From positions 1,280,001 through 1,344,000 of the forward strand of contig CBDEFO010000008.1 of assembly GCA_965237525.1 (NCBI GenBank): a DNA stretch of 64,000 nucleotides, written 5' to 3'. A program made the translations under genes and the position numbers. Shown one piece after another: positions 1-10,700 of this stretch; positions within the stretch are counted from its first letter, which is position 1; every line of letters starts with the position of its first letter. Origin of the DNA: Candidatus Latescibacterota bacterium. Its GTDB lineage: Bacteria > Latescibacterota > CBDEFO01. The notes beneath the pieces are model-generated. The model did not search any database. It had not been told where the DNA came from and saw only the letters and a list, made by a program, of their open reading frames with translations.

Positions 1-103
1 GCAACACGGAAGGATAGCGGGCTCTCATGGAGCCGCCGCATTTATGTATAAATGTAGAATACATCCTGATTGATATAAGGTATTGTTAGGAGAACCGACA
101 GCG

Positions 104-703
104 ATGGAGATAACTGTTGCGATGGTGAAGGAACTCCGGGAGAGGACCGGAGTCGGAATGATGGACTGCAAGAGTTCCCTCCAAGAGACAAATGGAGATA
201 TGGAAAAAGCTATAGACTATCTGAGGGAAAAGGGAATTGCAAAGGCCGCCGCGAAGGCAGGAAGAAAGACAACAGAAGGGATTGTGACCGCGTACATACA
301 TCACGGAGATAGACTCGGAGTCCTGCTGGAGGTCTCCTGTGAGACCGATTTTGTAGCCAGGACAGACGATTTTAAGACCTTCACAAAAGATGTGGCAATA
401 CAAGTAGCCGCTATGAAGCCTCTTTCCGTGTCAAGGGAGGATCTTGCCCAGGACATAGTGGAAAGAGAAAGACAAATATACGAGACCCAGGCAAGAAGCG
501 AAGGTAAACCGGAAAAGGCGATAGACAGGATTTTGGAAGGCAAACTCGAAAAGTTCTATCGGGAATCTGTGCTATTAGAACAGCCTTTCGTCAAGGACGA
601 GGACAGGACGATCAACGACATTTTGATCGAGCTTATATCCAAGACTGGAGAAAATATAAGTATTACAAGATTCACCCGCTTTGAACTGGGCGAAGAAGGA
701 TAG
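104..703 (+). CDS. tsf: Translation elongation factor Ts (short form)
   Basis: [17 protein letters not shown]-terminus and [10 protein letters not shown] motif; upstream of pyrH-frr; ATG at 104 follows AGGAG. Confidence 0.97.
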   Translation: MEITVAMVKELRERTGVGMMDCKSSLQETNGDMEKAIDYLREKGIAKAAAKAGRKTTEGIVTAYIHHGDRLGVLLEVSCETDFVARTDDFKTFTKDVAIQVAAMKPLSVSREDLAQDIVERERQIYETQARSEGKPEKAIDRILEGKLEKFYRESVLLEQPFVKDEDRTINDILIELISKTGENISITRFTRFELGEEG

Positions 704-1442
704 GGGACACTCGAAAACCTTGGACGACAAATGCAAAAGGATCCTGATCAAACTCAGCGGGGAAGCCCTAGCGGGAGATAGATCATGCGGAATAGATCCC
801 AAGGTTCTGCGAGCCATCTCACAGGAGATCAAGGCTGTGGTGGAATCAGGCGCTGAAGTAGGAATTGTCATCGGTGGAGGCAATATATTCAGGGGGACTG
901 AGGCCGGGGACGGTATAGATCGCGCATCGGGGGACACGATGGGCATGCTCGGCACCGTAATTAACGCCATCGCTTTGCAGGGCATGCTCGAAAGCATAGG
1001 CATCTTTACCAGAGTGATGACTGCTATCAGGATGGAAGCCATTGCAGAACCCTACATAAGGAGAAGAGCCATCCGACACCTTGAAAAAGGGCGCATCGTA
1101 ATTATGGCCGCCGGAACTGGTCATCCCTACTTTAGCACAGATACTGCCGCCGTCCTTCGCGCCCTCGAAATCGAGGCCCAGATCATCCTGAAAGCCACAG
1201 ACGTGGATGGCGTCTATGATAAAGACCCTAAAATAGAACCTTCGGCGCAAAAATACGACCGGCTTACATACATAGAAGCCCTTGAAAAGAGGCTCAAAGT
1301 CATGGACGCCACAGCCATTTCACTGTGTATGGATAATGGCCTTCCCATAGTCGTTTTCAATCTCAAGGGGTCTGGAAATCTAATCAAAGCGGTAAAAGGA
1401 GAGCGCATAGGAACGCTTGTCAGGGAAGAGGATGACACATGA
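681..1442 (+). CDS. pyrH: UMP kinase (true start probably TTG at ~720)
   Basis: [34 protein letters not shown] and LKVMDATA motifs; tsf-pyrH-frr synteny. Confidence 0.97.
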   Translation: MNWAKKDRGHSKTLDDKCKRILIKLSGEALAGDRSCGIDPKVLRAISQEIKAVVESGAEVGIVIGGGNIFRGTEAGDGIDRASGDTMGMLGTVINAIALQGMLESIGIFTRVMTAIRMEAIAEPYIRRRAIRHLEKGRIVIMAAGTGHPYFSTDTAAVLRALEIEAQIILKATDVDGVYDKDPKIEPSAQKYDRLTYIEALEKRLKVMDATAISLCMDNGLPIVVFNLKGSGNLIKAVKGERIGTLVREEDDT

Positions 1443-1996
1443 TAGATGAGATTCGCGCACAGGCCGAAGAGGACATGGAAAAGGCCGTAGAAGCAACCCG
1501 GCGCGAGATGGCATCTATACGCACAGGCAGAGCCACGACGTCCCTCCTGGACGGTATCAAGGTGGATTACTACGGCACATCCACGCCGTTGAATCAGATG
1601 GCGAGCATCGGTGTCCCTGAACCCAGATTGATGGCTATCCAGCCCTGGGACCCTAATGTGATAACTGTCATAGAAAAGGCGATCCTGTCATCAGATCTGG
1701 GTCTCAATCCCTCTAACGACGGGAAGATCATTCGACTTTCTATTCCGCCGTTGACTGAAGAACGCCGAAAGGACCTGGTACGTCTCGTCAAGAAGATAGC
1801 TGAAGACGGCAGGGTCTCCATCCGGAATGCAAGGAGAAATGGCAATGAGATGCTTAAAGAGGCTCAAAAGGAAGGAGAGATCTCCGAGGACGACGGCCAT
1901 AGAGCCCAAGAAACGATGCAAGAGCTTACGAATGAGTACATCGAAAAGATAAACCAGGTTCTCAGTGGTAAAGAAGATGAGATCATGGAGGTTTAA
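1439..1996 (+). CDS. frr: Ribosome recycling factor
   Basis: [20 protein letters not shown] and [12 protein letters not shown] motifs. Confidence 0.97.
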   Translation: MIDEIRAQAEEDMEKAVEATRREMASIRTGRATTSLLDGIKVDYYGTSTPLNQMASIGVPEPRLMAIQPWDPNVITVIEKAILSSDLGLNPSNDGKIIRLSIPPLTEERRKDLVRLVKKIAEDGRVSIRNARRNGNEMLKEAQKEGEISEDDGHRAQETMQELTNEYIEKINQVLSGKEDEIMEV

Positions 1997-3515
1997 AAGC
2001 CTTGTGAAATAGTTATGTCCCAGGCAGCGTCTGAAGCGCCGATTATGGGTCAAAGAGTAGCATATCGTATCGTTTTGCTGTGGAATAAGCAAAATAGTCT
2101 TATCAGAGTTCTGGTCAGCAAGGAACAGGAGCTGTTTGAAGAACAGGATGCACTGTCTTTGACAGACAGGGCACACATAGACGCTTTCCCCCTTCTTATG
2201 AAAGATACAAGCCTCTTGAGATTCTGTACTGTTGCAACAAGATTCAACTGTTCATTCAGTGAGGCTGGTCCTCTATAACGGGCTCGTCCCATACCGTGTT
2301 GTTGCCTGGCTTCAGCAAAGATATGTTCACTGCGTTTACGGAGTCTCCGGGAGAGTTTGTAGTCAGCTGTTAATGAGATAGACCGTGCATGATTTCTGGC
2401 TTTCGCCTCTCGCACTTTTCTATCCCGTTCGGTCTGAATATGTGCTGGATTTGTCTTGTTTTTCCATGTAGGAATCGGTTCAATCTTCTCATCGGCTCGC
2501 AGAGGAATATGGGGTATGATTCCCCGGTCAAGTACATCAGCGATAAAATTACCAGAACCGTAACCGGTATCGGCACTAAGTGTCTGAATGTCTTTGGGCA
2601 TGGTGTATGTTTCAAGGTCATCTACCATCTTAAGGGCACTTTCGGGCTCTGCTGTCCCTGTCGCCTGCGTGCCCTGAGTCTCAAGGATTACTCTGCTTTT
2701 TGTGTCGATCAGATCATGGCCCATAAACGAGAGAAAAGCCCCTTTGCCCTTCGATTTGCTGTATAAGCGCGCGTCGGGGTCTGTAGTCGAACGGTGTGTT
2801 TGGTTCGTCCACTTTTCACCATGAAAGTCTTTATCCTGAGGATGCCCGGACCTACCCTTTGTCTTATCACCTTCAAAACCGATTCCCTTGAGATAATCAT
2901 CAAGAGAAACAGGGGGTTCTATCGGCTCAATACTTTTCACTGAAGCATCAGCTTGTATCTGAGTGCCGTCGACACTAAGGTGTTTACCGCTCATAAGACC
3001 GACATCTATGCAACACTGGACTACCTGACGCATTATCCGTTCAAACAACCCACTGGATGCCCACTTGTGATTGCGAAGCTTGTTGATCGTGCTCCTATCC
3101 GGAACCGCATCATCAAATGTCTGATGACAAAACAACCGATATGCCGCATGCATCCCCACTTCCTGACAGAGCCGATTCTCACTCAAATTATACAGATAGC
3201 CAATAAGGATCATTCGAACAACTAATTCAGGATCAATACCGGGTCTGCCATTGTCAGGGCAATAACAATCTGATACAACGTCTCGTACAAATGAAAAATC
3301 AACTGCCTCATCAATCTGACGAAGGATATGATCCTCGGGAACTAAATCCTCCATCTGAAAATAGTGAAACATCGGATTTGTCTGTTCCTGCTTTTGTGGG
3401 GTCATTGTTTCCTCCATGTATAATATTATCAATAACATAATATAATACATCGGAACTGCTTTATCAATGCTTGTTTTATACTATTTTCTGAATCTAAGGG
3501 TTTTTCACAAGGCTT
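1997..3515 (-). mobile_element. IS1182-family insertion sequence, copy 1 (1,519 bp)
   Basis: Terminal inverted repeats AAGCCTTGTGAAA (1997-2009) and TTTCACAAGGCTT (3503-3515); TTAA on both sides (1993-1996, which contains the frr stop codon, and 3516-3519). Confidence 0.93.
2050..3450 (-). CDS. IS1182-family DDE transposase (likely start MTPQ at 3405)
   Basis: LVPEDHILRQID, GRPGIDP, VDGTQIQADAS, STTDPDA, ADTGYG and RKRSEHIFAEARQQHG motifs. Confidence 0.92.
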   Translation of the reverse strand: MYYIMLLIILYMEETMTPQKQEQTNPMFHYFQMEDLVPEDHILRQIDEAVDFSFVRDVVSDCYCPDNGRPGIDPELVVRMILIGYLYNLSENRLCQEVGMHAAYRLFCHQTFDDAVPDRSTINKLRNHKWASSGLFERIMRQVVQCCIDVGLMSGKHLSVDGTQIQADASVKSIEPIEPPVSLDDYLKGIGFEGDKTKGRSGHPQDKDFHGEKWTNQTHRSTTDPDARLYSKSKGKGAFLSFMGHDLIDTKSRVILETQGTQATGTAEPESALKMVDDLETYTMPKDIQTLSADTGYGSGNFIADVLDRGIIPHIPLRADEKIEPIPTWKNKTNPAHIQTERDRKVREAKARNHARSISLTADYKLSRRLRKRSEHIFAEARQQHGMGRARYRGPASLNEQLNLVATVQNLKRLVSFIRRGKASMCALSVKDSASCSSNSSCSLLTRTLIRLFCLFHSKTIRYATL

Positions 3516-3720
3516 TTAATAAGTAGGCAACTTATACTGCTTGTCAGACAGCAACGATTGAGCTACCACTCGGTAGGATAGACATGGCTGGTACCCTACC
3601 AAGTGAAGGGGCAGGCAACGCCATTTAAGCAAAGCGACCCCGACAGATAGTAGCTGGAGAGAGAATCTTCCCGAATAGAGCCGCTGATAAAATCGGCGGT
3701 TCTTTGTTGTATCTGGAGGC

Positions 3721-4731
3721 ATGTTGAGCACAGACATAAGGATAGGAACTGTAGTCAAGGAAAAGGCCGCTCGCTATTTTGTTCAGAGCTGTGATGAAGT
3801 AGTGGTCTGTTCCATATCCAGCAAGCTGAGGAAAGTGCTCGAGTATCCTGAAGCGGCCCCCGGATCGCGTCGTCCTGCTGTGGATTCCGTAAGGGGAATA
3901 AGAGCTGTGGATCCTGTCTGCGTGGGGGACAAGGTAAAGTTCAGCTACAAAAATGACGACAGAGGGATGATAGTGGAAGTTCTGCCCAGGAAATCCAAAC
4001 TTTCGCGCCAGGCTTCCGGACGGAGGCAAGTTGAACAGATTATCGTGGCCAATGTGGATCAGGTGGTGCCGGTCTTCTCAGCGGACGCCCCTCCTTTGAA
4101 CTTCTGGATGCTCGACAAATTACTGGCTGCGGCCGAGCTGGAAGAAATGGATGTAGTTATATGCTTGAACAAGATGGATCTGGTGGACGAAGCGGAATTT
4201 AAAAGGAAAATGCAACTATACAATAAAATAGGTTACAGAATCGTCTATACCAGCGCACTGGAAAAGAGGGGCTTGGATGATTTTATGAGCGCCCTCGAGG
4301 GAGGGCTTTCAGCCCTCCTGGGACCGTCAGGTGTGGGCAAATCCACCCTCCTGAACACTATTCAACCCGGGCTCGGCTTGAGAGTACAGGAGATAAGCAA
4401 GGGAACAGGTACCGGGAAACACTCCACCACGCACGTGGAACTCTTAAACCTGGACTTCGGAGGGATGATCATGGACACGCCGGGACTAAGAGATCTTAAT
4501 CTGTGGAACGTGGATGAAAACGATGCGGCATATCTCTTCCCTGAGATGAGAGAATACATAGGACTTTGCAGGTTCCAGAGAAACTGCTCGCACGTCCACG
4601 AGCCCGGCTGCTCTATAAAAGAAGCAGCAGAATCAAAAAAGATCGATAGACAGCGGTACGAAAGCTATGTCAAGATGAGAAAGCAGCTTGAATCGCTATC
4701 CTCAGAACTGGCGTCTCCTTCCAGAAGGTAG
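3721..4731 (+). CDS. rsgA: Ribosome small subunit-dependent GTPase A
   Basis: IVANVDQ, NKMDL, GPSGVGKSTLLN, GKHSTT, DTPG and C-terminal CRFQRNCSHVHEPGC zinc motif. Confidence 0.95.
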   Translation: MLSTDIRIGTVVKEKAARYFVQSCDEVVVCSISSKLRKVLEYPEAAPGSRRPAVDSVRGIRAVDPVCVGDKVKFSYKNDDRGMIVEVLPRKSKLSRQASGRRQVEQIIVANVDQVVPVFSADAPPLNFWMLDKLLAAAELEEMDVVICLNKMDLVDEAEFKRKMQLYNKIGYRIVYTSALEKRGLDDFMSALEGGLSALLGPSGVGKSTLLNTIQPGLGLRVQEISKGTGTGKHSTTHVELLNLDFGGMIMDTPGLRDLNLWNVDENDAAYLFPEMREYIGLCRFQRNCSHVHEPGCSIKEAAESKKIDRQRYESYVKMRKQLESLSSELASPSRR

Positions 4732-5095
4732 TCCGTGCGAACCATCTCGACAAACGTTACAGAGACTCTTGCGCCCGTCACCGATCCTCTCCCGTGATCA
4801 ACTGGAAATCGTATCTCACGCCATTCAGGAGACTTATCGGTCCGCTCTATGTACGCAACGTTTTTCGGCATAATGCGTCTCAAGAAACATAGTGCCTATG
4901 GTCTTGCGGTTACTAACACCGGAAGGAACCAATCTTAGTTGATTTCCAAGTTCAAGTCTGCCACACTTAGTGCGTTTTGTTCAAACTCGACTGCAGGTAA
5001 TAGGAACGGAGGTGTGTTATCGGAATCTTACGATAAATTTTATCGGATCAATAGAACAAAATAGCAGTTTTCAATATTTATGAAGGAGGATGAGA

Positions 5096-5824
5096 ATGAA
5101 AAGATTGCTGTCATTCTTTGTCACCGTGTTAGCTGTGTTCGCGTTTTTAGCTGAACTTAATGCTGGCGTCAGAATCAACGAGGTGCTCTTTAAACCTTCG
5201 GATGGGACGCAGAAGATAGAGTTTTTCAATGACGATCCCGATAACTCTGCTGACATCGGAGGATAGTGGCTCTGTATGAATCGCAGCTATCGGTCTATAT
5301 CGGGCGGTACTGTAGTACCTCCGCTGGGATTTGCGGTAATCGACGCTCCATCAACGCTCAACCTGCCAGACCAGGATGTGGCTTACTATCGGGACAGCTC
5401 TTTTTTCGATTCATCGTCTGTGATCGATTACGTGAAGTGGGGGTCGCCTTTGTTTAACAGGACGTCCGAAGCAGTGTCCGGCGGTAAGTGGGCGGATGCC
5501 TCAGATACAATCGATCCTGCAACTGTTCCCACCGCGCAGTCTATTCAGTATATAGGAGATGGGAGCTTCCCCCATCAATCGTCAGACTGGATAGTCGCTG
5601 AGCCGACAATGGGGCAGGCAAACCAGCCTCCTTCCACTTCCCTTATAGGAGATTTCGACGGGAACGACGAAGTAGGTCTTTCAGATTTTGTCCTCTTTTT
5701 AGATGCTTTCAGGACAACGACTGATTCGGCTAATTGGGATCCTAAATTTGATTTAGATGGTAATGGAGAGATCGGACTGTCCGACTTTGTGATCTTTCTG
5801 GATAACTTTGGAAAGACAGGATAG
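5096..5824 (+). pseudogene. Secreted lamin-tail-domain-like protein with C-terminal dockerin-like EF-hand pair, interrupted by an in-frame TAG at 5264-5266
   Basis: AGGAGG then ATG 5096 gives signal peptide MKRLLSFFVTVLAVFAFLAELNA, then VRINEV...IEFFN...ADIGG*WLC in frame with ORF 5276-5824 (DYVKWG, PTMGQAN, GDFDGNDEVGLSDF and DLDGNGEIGLSDF). Confidence 0.75.
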
Positions 5825-5827
5825 CAA

Positions 5828-6883
5828 TCACACGATCAGCATGGCATCTCCGTAGGAGTAAAATCTATATCTTTCCTCTATAGCCTCCTCGTAGGCCTTG
5901 AAAATAAGATCTTTTCCACACGGAGTGGTCGCACCACCAAAGGCGCAGACCAGCATAAGGAGAGTGGTCTTTGGGAGGTGAAAGTTCGTTAAGAGGTTGT
6001 CTGTGACCTTAAATTCATAGCCCGGATAGATAAATAAGTCCGTCTCTCCTGATCCGGGGTGGACAGTTCCGTCACAGTGGGATGTTGACTCCAGCGTCCT
6101 GAGCACAGTCGTTCCGACGGCGAAGACCTTTCCCTTTCTACGATTGATAATAGTTGCGGCGTCCTCCAGGACGTGGTATCTCTCTTCGTGCATCGTGTGG
6201 TCTTCCACTCTTTCTGTCTTCACGGGAGCAAACGTACCGAGTCCAACGTGCAGGGTTAGGGGAACTACAGATGCGCCCTTGTTTCTTATCCTGTCCAGGA
6301 TATGATCTGTGAAGTGGAGTCCGGCAGTAGGAGCAGCGATGGCTCCCTCCACTTTTCCGTAGACAGTCTGGTATCTTTGGAAGTCCTGATCATCAGGAGA
6401 GGATCTCTTTATATAGGGAGGGAGCGGGACCCGTCCAATTTGAGCTAATTTCTGCTCAAACGATCCTGTACATTCAAATCGAATAGTCCTGATTCCGTCC
6501 GGTTGGACCTCGACAATTTCCCCAGTTAGAGCGTTATCTTTCTCCCCGAAGGCAAATCGAGCGTTCAATCTGGCTAACCTTCCTGGCTTTGCCAGTACCG
6601 ACCATAAGGGAGCAGATTCCGACAATCTCTTCAGAAGTAGAATTTCGATCTTGCCCCCCGTGGCAACTCTCTTTCCTATCAGCCGAGCCGGGAGGACCTT
6701 TGTATCGTTGATGACGAGACAATCACCTGGATTTATGTAGTCCACTATATCCCTGAAGTTCCTGTGATCTATGCTTTTGCGCTGCCTGTCCACGACGATC
6801 AGTCTGGATTCGTCCCGCTCCACTAAGGGATATTGAGCGATCAGCCCTTGGGGCAGATAGTAGTCAAATTCGGATACGAGCAA
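5828..6883 (-). CDS. queA: S-adenosylmethionine:tRNA ribosyltransferase-isomerase
   Basis: SEFDYYLP..LIAQYP, PLPPYI, AAPTAGLHF, TNFHLP and YRFYSYGDAM motifs; start estimated. Confidence 0.96.
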   Translation of the reverse strand: MLVSEFDYYLPQGLIAQYPLVERDESRLIVVDRQRKSIDHRNFRDIVDYINPGDCLVINDTKVLPARLIGKRVATGGKIEILLLKRLSESAPLWSVLAKPGRLARLNARFAFGEKDNALTGEIVEVQPDGIRTIRFECTGSFEQKLAQIGRVPLPPYIKRSSPDDQDFQRYQTVYGKVEGAIAAPTAGLHFTDHILDRIRNKGASVVPLTLHVGLGTFAPVKTERVEDHTMHEERYHVLEDAATIINRRKGKVFAVGTTVLRTLESTSHCDGTVHPGSGETDLFIYPGYEFKVTDNLLTNFHLPKTTLLMLVCAFGGATTPCGKDLIFKAYEEAIEERYRFYSYGDAMLIV

Positions 6884-6958
6884 TTTTGTCTCTTGCTCCT
6901 GTTGCGAAAAAGGGATGGGAGGCGATGCCCTGTCTACTGTCACTGACTACTGGCTACT

Positions 6959-8260
6959 GGTTATTTATCAAATGAAATCGGTGCACTTCTCTTTCGATCT
7001 TTGATTGATCTTGAATGATAGGTTTTCGACAATCTTTGGTTTCTGTTCTTTTTCAAAATGGATGTATAATTGTTCTTCTTTTAGGTTCCATTCAGCCAGG
7101 ACAAAGTAGTTGGTGTAAGAGGAGGGAAGAGATACTTTCTCATTTAGGACATCGATAAAGGCTTTATCTGTCTGTTCTGTGTCCTGTTTGACTTGTCTGA
7201 TAAAATAGGTCTTGGGAATGAAATCTTTCTCGTTTGACTTCTCTTGCTTAGGTGGACGGTAGCCGGTGTATCTCTGTGATGAAAGATTAAACCATTCTAA
7301 CTTCTGATCAACTTCTTGTAAGCTTTTGAACTGAATTCTGTTCCAGAACTTCCTTGAAAATACAGAATTGTTGCCTTCTATAGATGCTTGAGAAAAGGGC
7401 CTTCTGGGAACGGCAAATATCGGAATCACTTGATTTTTCAAGAGAAACTGCATTGCTTTGCTGACATTCCTTTTACCTGAAACACTGCCAATAGTCGCCG
7501 AGCAATTGTCCACCTTAACGAAATCTGGTTTTTCAAACCTGTCAAAGAAAGACTGACACTTCTCGATAAAGTTAGTTGCTGTTTGACCGTCAACCCGCCG
7601 AAAATACCTTAACTTAGGCTCTTTCTTAAAGGAAAATCCAACGAAGTTGACCGGCTCAGTTCTGCCGGTAAGATACTTTTTACCAATAAAGTCTGATTCT
7701 AGGACTCTGCCTCCTGAAAGATAGTAAATGGTATACTCTGGATAACAAAGATAACGAGATGCACCCTTGTTTTTACCTTTCTTCCTTCTCTGGGAAAGTC
7801 CTAAATCTGAAAGCATTCTGCCGATAGTCGGCAACGACGGAGGAGGGGTGCTAGAATATCGATTCCTCCATTCTTGTTCAATAACAGTGGCTCCTGAATA
7901 GAACTGATAAGGATCGTCCTCTAAGCTATGGTAAATCTCTTTGATTCTCTGTTCGTCAACTTTAGCCAATTTTCGCCTTTTTCCTTTTGGCCAACCCCGA
8001 TTATCCATGGCAAAATCCTGATCCGGAGATTTAGTCCAAGCTGTAACGAAATCATTGGAAACTCTCGCTTGTTTGATAACTTCTCGCTTTGACATTTCTT
8101 TCTTAAAATACATCTCGTTGACTTCTTGTCTTAATACGGCCAATCTCTCTTTGTCCATAGGACTCCGTAGATTAAAGTTAAGACAATCAACTCAACTTAA
8201 TCTACTAATACTCTAAACAAAGATCAAATTAGGTGCACCGATTTCATTTGATATTCAACC
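6959..8260 (-). mobile_element. Unclassified DDE insertion sequence (IS481/ISNCY-like), 1,302 bp
   Basis: ~28-bp inverted repeats GGTTATTTATCAAATGAAATCGGTGCAC (6959-6986) and GTGCACCGATTTCATTTGATATTCAACC (8233-8260); direct repeat GCTACT on both flanks (6953-6958, 8261-8266). Confidence 0.88.
6968..8158 (-). CDS. Integrase-core (RNase H fold) DDE transposase
   Basis: N-terminal HTH-like region; putative D (ESDF), D (VDN), E (IEGNN) triad; AT-rich; fills the IR-bounded element. Confidence 0.8.
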   Translation of the reverse strand: MDKERLAVLRQEVNEMYFKKEMSKREVIKQARVSNDFVTAWTKSPDQDFAMDNRGWPKGKRRKLAKVDEQRIKEIYHSLEDDPYQFYSGATVIEQEWRNRYSSTPPPSLPTIGRMLSDLGLSQRRKKGKNKGASRYLCYPEYTIYYLSGGRVLESDFIGKKYLTGRTEPVNFVGFSFKKEPKLRYFRRVDGQTATNFIEKCQSFFDRFEKPDFVKVDNCSATIGSVSGKRNVSKAMQFLLKNQVIPIFAVPRRPFSQASIEGNNSVFSRKFWNRIQFKSLQEVDQKLEWFNLSSQRYTGYRPPKQEKSNEKDFIPKTYFIRQVKQDTEQTDKAFIDVLNEKVSLPSSYTNYFVLAEWNLKEEQLYIHFEKEQKPKIVENLSFKINQRSKEKCTDFI

Positions 8261-9595
8261 GCTACTGGCTACTGCCTTTCTAAGGCTCTCCCACCATTTC
8301 ATCATTTCCGTTATCTTCTTTTCGTATCCGTGTTCTGTGGGGCAGTAGTACTTGGCACCTGCAAGATTGTCGGGCATATATTCCTGAGCTATGTAGCTGT
8401 CCTCAGAATCGTGGGCGTATTTGTAGCCCTTTCCGTATCCGAGTTCTTTCATAAGTTGCGTAGGGGCGTTACGAATGTGCAGAGGGACGGGCAAAGAGGG
8501 ACTTTTTTGGACATCTTCCTGGGCCATCTGATATGCGGAGTATACAGAATTGCTCTTAGGGGCTGTGGCAAGGTAGACTGCCGCTTGAGCGAGCGCAAGT
8601 TCACCCTCGGGGGAGCCCAGGAAGTCAAAGGCATCCTTGGCAGCTATCGCTATGGTCAAAGAGCGCGGGTCGGCGTTTCCCACGTCCTCTGATGCGAATC
8701 GGACCATGCGCCTTGCAATATATAAAGGGTCTTCCCCGGCAGAGAGCATGCGGACAAGCCAGTATAAGGCCGCGTCTGGATCGCTGCCTCTCAGGCTCTT
8801 GTGAAAGGCGGAGATTACGTTGTAGTGCTCCTCCCCACCTTTGTCGTAGATCGGAATCCTCCTCTGCTCCACCTCCTCGACCACTTCCAAAGTGACTCGC
8901 CGCACTCCGTCTCCGCCAGGTTCAACCGATGAAGTGGAGATCTCAAGGGTATTGAGGGCTTTCCTTGCGTCTCCGTTTGCCATACTTATCATACAATCGA
9001 GGGCTTTCGGACTTATTTGGACGTTCATCGTCCCGAGCCCCCTTTCCCCGTCTCCAAGGGCGTTTCGTACTACAGTTTTGAGTTCCTCCTCAGAGAGGAG
9101 GTTCAGCACGAAGACCCTCGTTCTGGATAGAAGCGCCGAGATGATCTCGAAGGAAGGATTTTCAGTGGTGGCTCCGATGAGAATTATCGTGCCGTCTTCG
9201 ACGTGAGGCAGAAATGCGTCCTGCTGTGCCTTGTTTAGACGATGAATCTCGTCCACAAAGAGAATGGTCCTCCTGTCACCGTAAGCCTCCCTCTCCTGAC
9301 GCGCTTGGGCTATGACTTTTTTGGCCACCTGTATGCCTGAGACTACCGCGCTGAAACCCACAAACTTGGCGCCCGTAGTGGATGCAATTGTTCTTGCAAG
9401 CGTGGTCTTCCCCGTGCCGGGAGGTCCCCAGAAGATTATGGAATAGGGCTGGTCCTTCTCTATTATTGTTCTTAGAGGCTTGCCGGGTCCCAGAATATGC
9501 TCCTGACCCACAAACTCATCCAGATTTCTGGGGCGCATCCTGTCGGCAAGTGGAACCGATCTGCTTTCTAGCTCTACTTGATGAAAGAGATCCAT
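8255..9595 (-). CDS. rarA: Replication-associated recombination protein A (MgsA/RarA AAA+ ATPase)
   Basis: PLADRMRP, WGPPGTGKTT, DEIHRLNKAQQD, GATTENP and SAFHKSLRGSD; current stop codon lies inside the IS end. Confidence 0.95.
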   Translation of the reverse strand: MDLFHQVELESRSVPLADRMRPRNLDEFVGQEHILGPGKPLRTIIEKDQPYSIIFWGPPGTGKTTLARTIASTTGAKFVGFSAVVSGIQVAKKVIAQARQEREAYGDRRTILFVDEIHRLNKAQQDAFLPHVEDGTIILIGATTENPSFEIISALLSRTRVFVLNLLSEEELKTVVRNALGDGERGLGTMNVQISPKALDCMISMANGDARKALNTLEISTSSVEPGGDGVRRVTLEVVEEVEQRRIPIYDKGGEEHYNVISAFHKSLRGSDPDAALYWLVRMLSAGEDPLYIARRMVRFASEDVGNADPRSLTIAIAAKDAFDFLGSPEGELALAQAAVYLATAPKSNSVYSAYQMAQEDVQKSPSLPVPLHIRNAPTQLMKELGYGKGYKYAHDSEDSYIAQEYMPDNLAGAKYYCPTEHGYEKKITEMMKWWESLRKAVASSG

Positions 9596-9611
9596 CTCCG
9601 TTGACCTTATC

Positions 9612-10323
9612 TTAATCTCCGGCCGGTATAAGTCCCTTGTCGACAAAGCTCACCGCTTTTCCATCCCCGATTACGATATGATCCAGCACTCTGATGCCCA
9701 TTATGTCTCCAGTCTTGACCAGACGTTCCGTCACTTCGATGTCCTGCGGTGAGGGAGTCGGGTCACCGGAGGGGTGATTGTGGACAAATATGACGGACGC
9801 AGCCGACTCCTTCAGAACAGGTCCAAAGATCTCACGGGGATCGGCTGCAGTGCCCGTCAATCCCCCTTCGGATATCGTGATATCTCTCAAAAACTTGTTC
9901 TTAGCGTCCAAAAGCACGCATTTGAAGACCTCTTTCTTGAGGTTCCTGAGCACAGGAAGATATATTCGCATCACGTCTGCGCTCGACATTAAGGCGATCT
10001 GCGACTCTTCGGGCAGGCTGAACAGGCGCTTCGCCAGTTCTATAGCCGCTTTTATCTGGGAGGCCTTGGCTGTTCCGATGCCCTTGATTTGACACAGCTC
10101 AGATACGGTCGCCGTGTCCATGGCTTTGAAGCTCCCGAGCGTGTTGAGTATGAATCTTGCAAGGTCGACCGCGCTCAAGTTGGATGCTGAATCCCCGCTC
10201 CCGAGTATAATAGCTAATAGCTGGGCATCAGAAAGAGAAGATGCTCCGTATTTGATGAGCCTCTCCCGAGGGCGCTCATCCTCGGGCCAGTCCTTGATGG
10301 ATTGTCTGTAGGGAGTTTCCATA
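9612..10323 (-). CDS. radC: RadC family JAB-domain protein
   Basis: IKDWPEDERPRERL, HNHPSGDPTPSPQD and LDHIVIG motifs. Confidence 0.95.
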
Positions 10324-10700
10324 AATAGAAATCTTTTTAGCAATCTAAGGTAAATTCCTCTCTCTTATGTAATATAGCCCAGATTGCAGTCATAGTCAAT
10401 AGAAAACAAAAGTCCCCGATACTAGATAGCATACAGAGGGGTAAGTCCACTGGCTACTGGCTTAATTCCGTTGTAAGTCTATCCACTCTACTCACTTTAC
10501 TCAAGATGTACACCAAGGGGAAGAACGGCAAAAATGGGTGTCCATAAGACCTTTCTAAACTTGAACTCATAAACCCTTGATTTTACAAGACAATTTTTTT
10601 ATAATTAAGCGCAGGTAGCGCGGATGGGGCGGAGGAATACAGCGGACACTGCAGAGTGCGGAGAGGGGCCGACACATGAACAGCAGGTGTTGAACAGAGA

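Noticed and set aside
5264..5266. Genome-wide TAG recoding or pyrrolysine
   Set aside because: tsf, rsgA, ftsY and others terminate at TAG at their expected ends; no pyl genes are seen
9612..10323. radC as marker of a prophage, ICE or anti-restriction module
   Set aside because: It is the full-length chromosomal type next to rarA and queA; no integrase or phage genes are nearby
10411..10441. CCCCGATA...GGGG as another micro-palindrome
   Set aside because: Only the left arm matches; spacing and right arm do not fit
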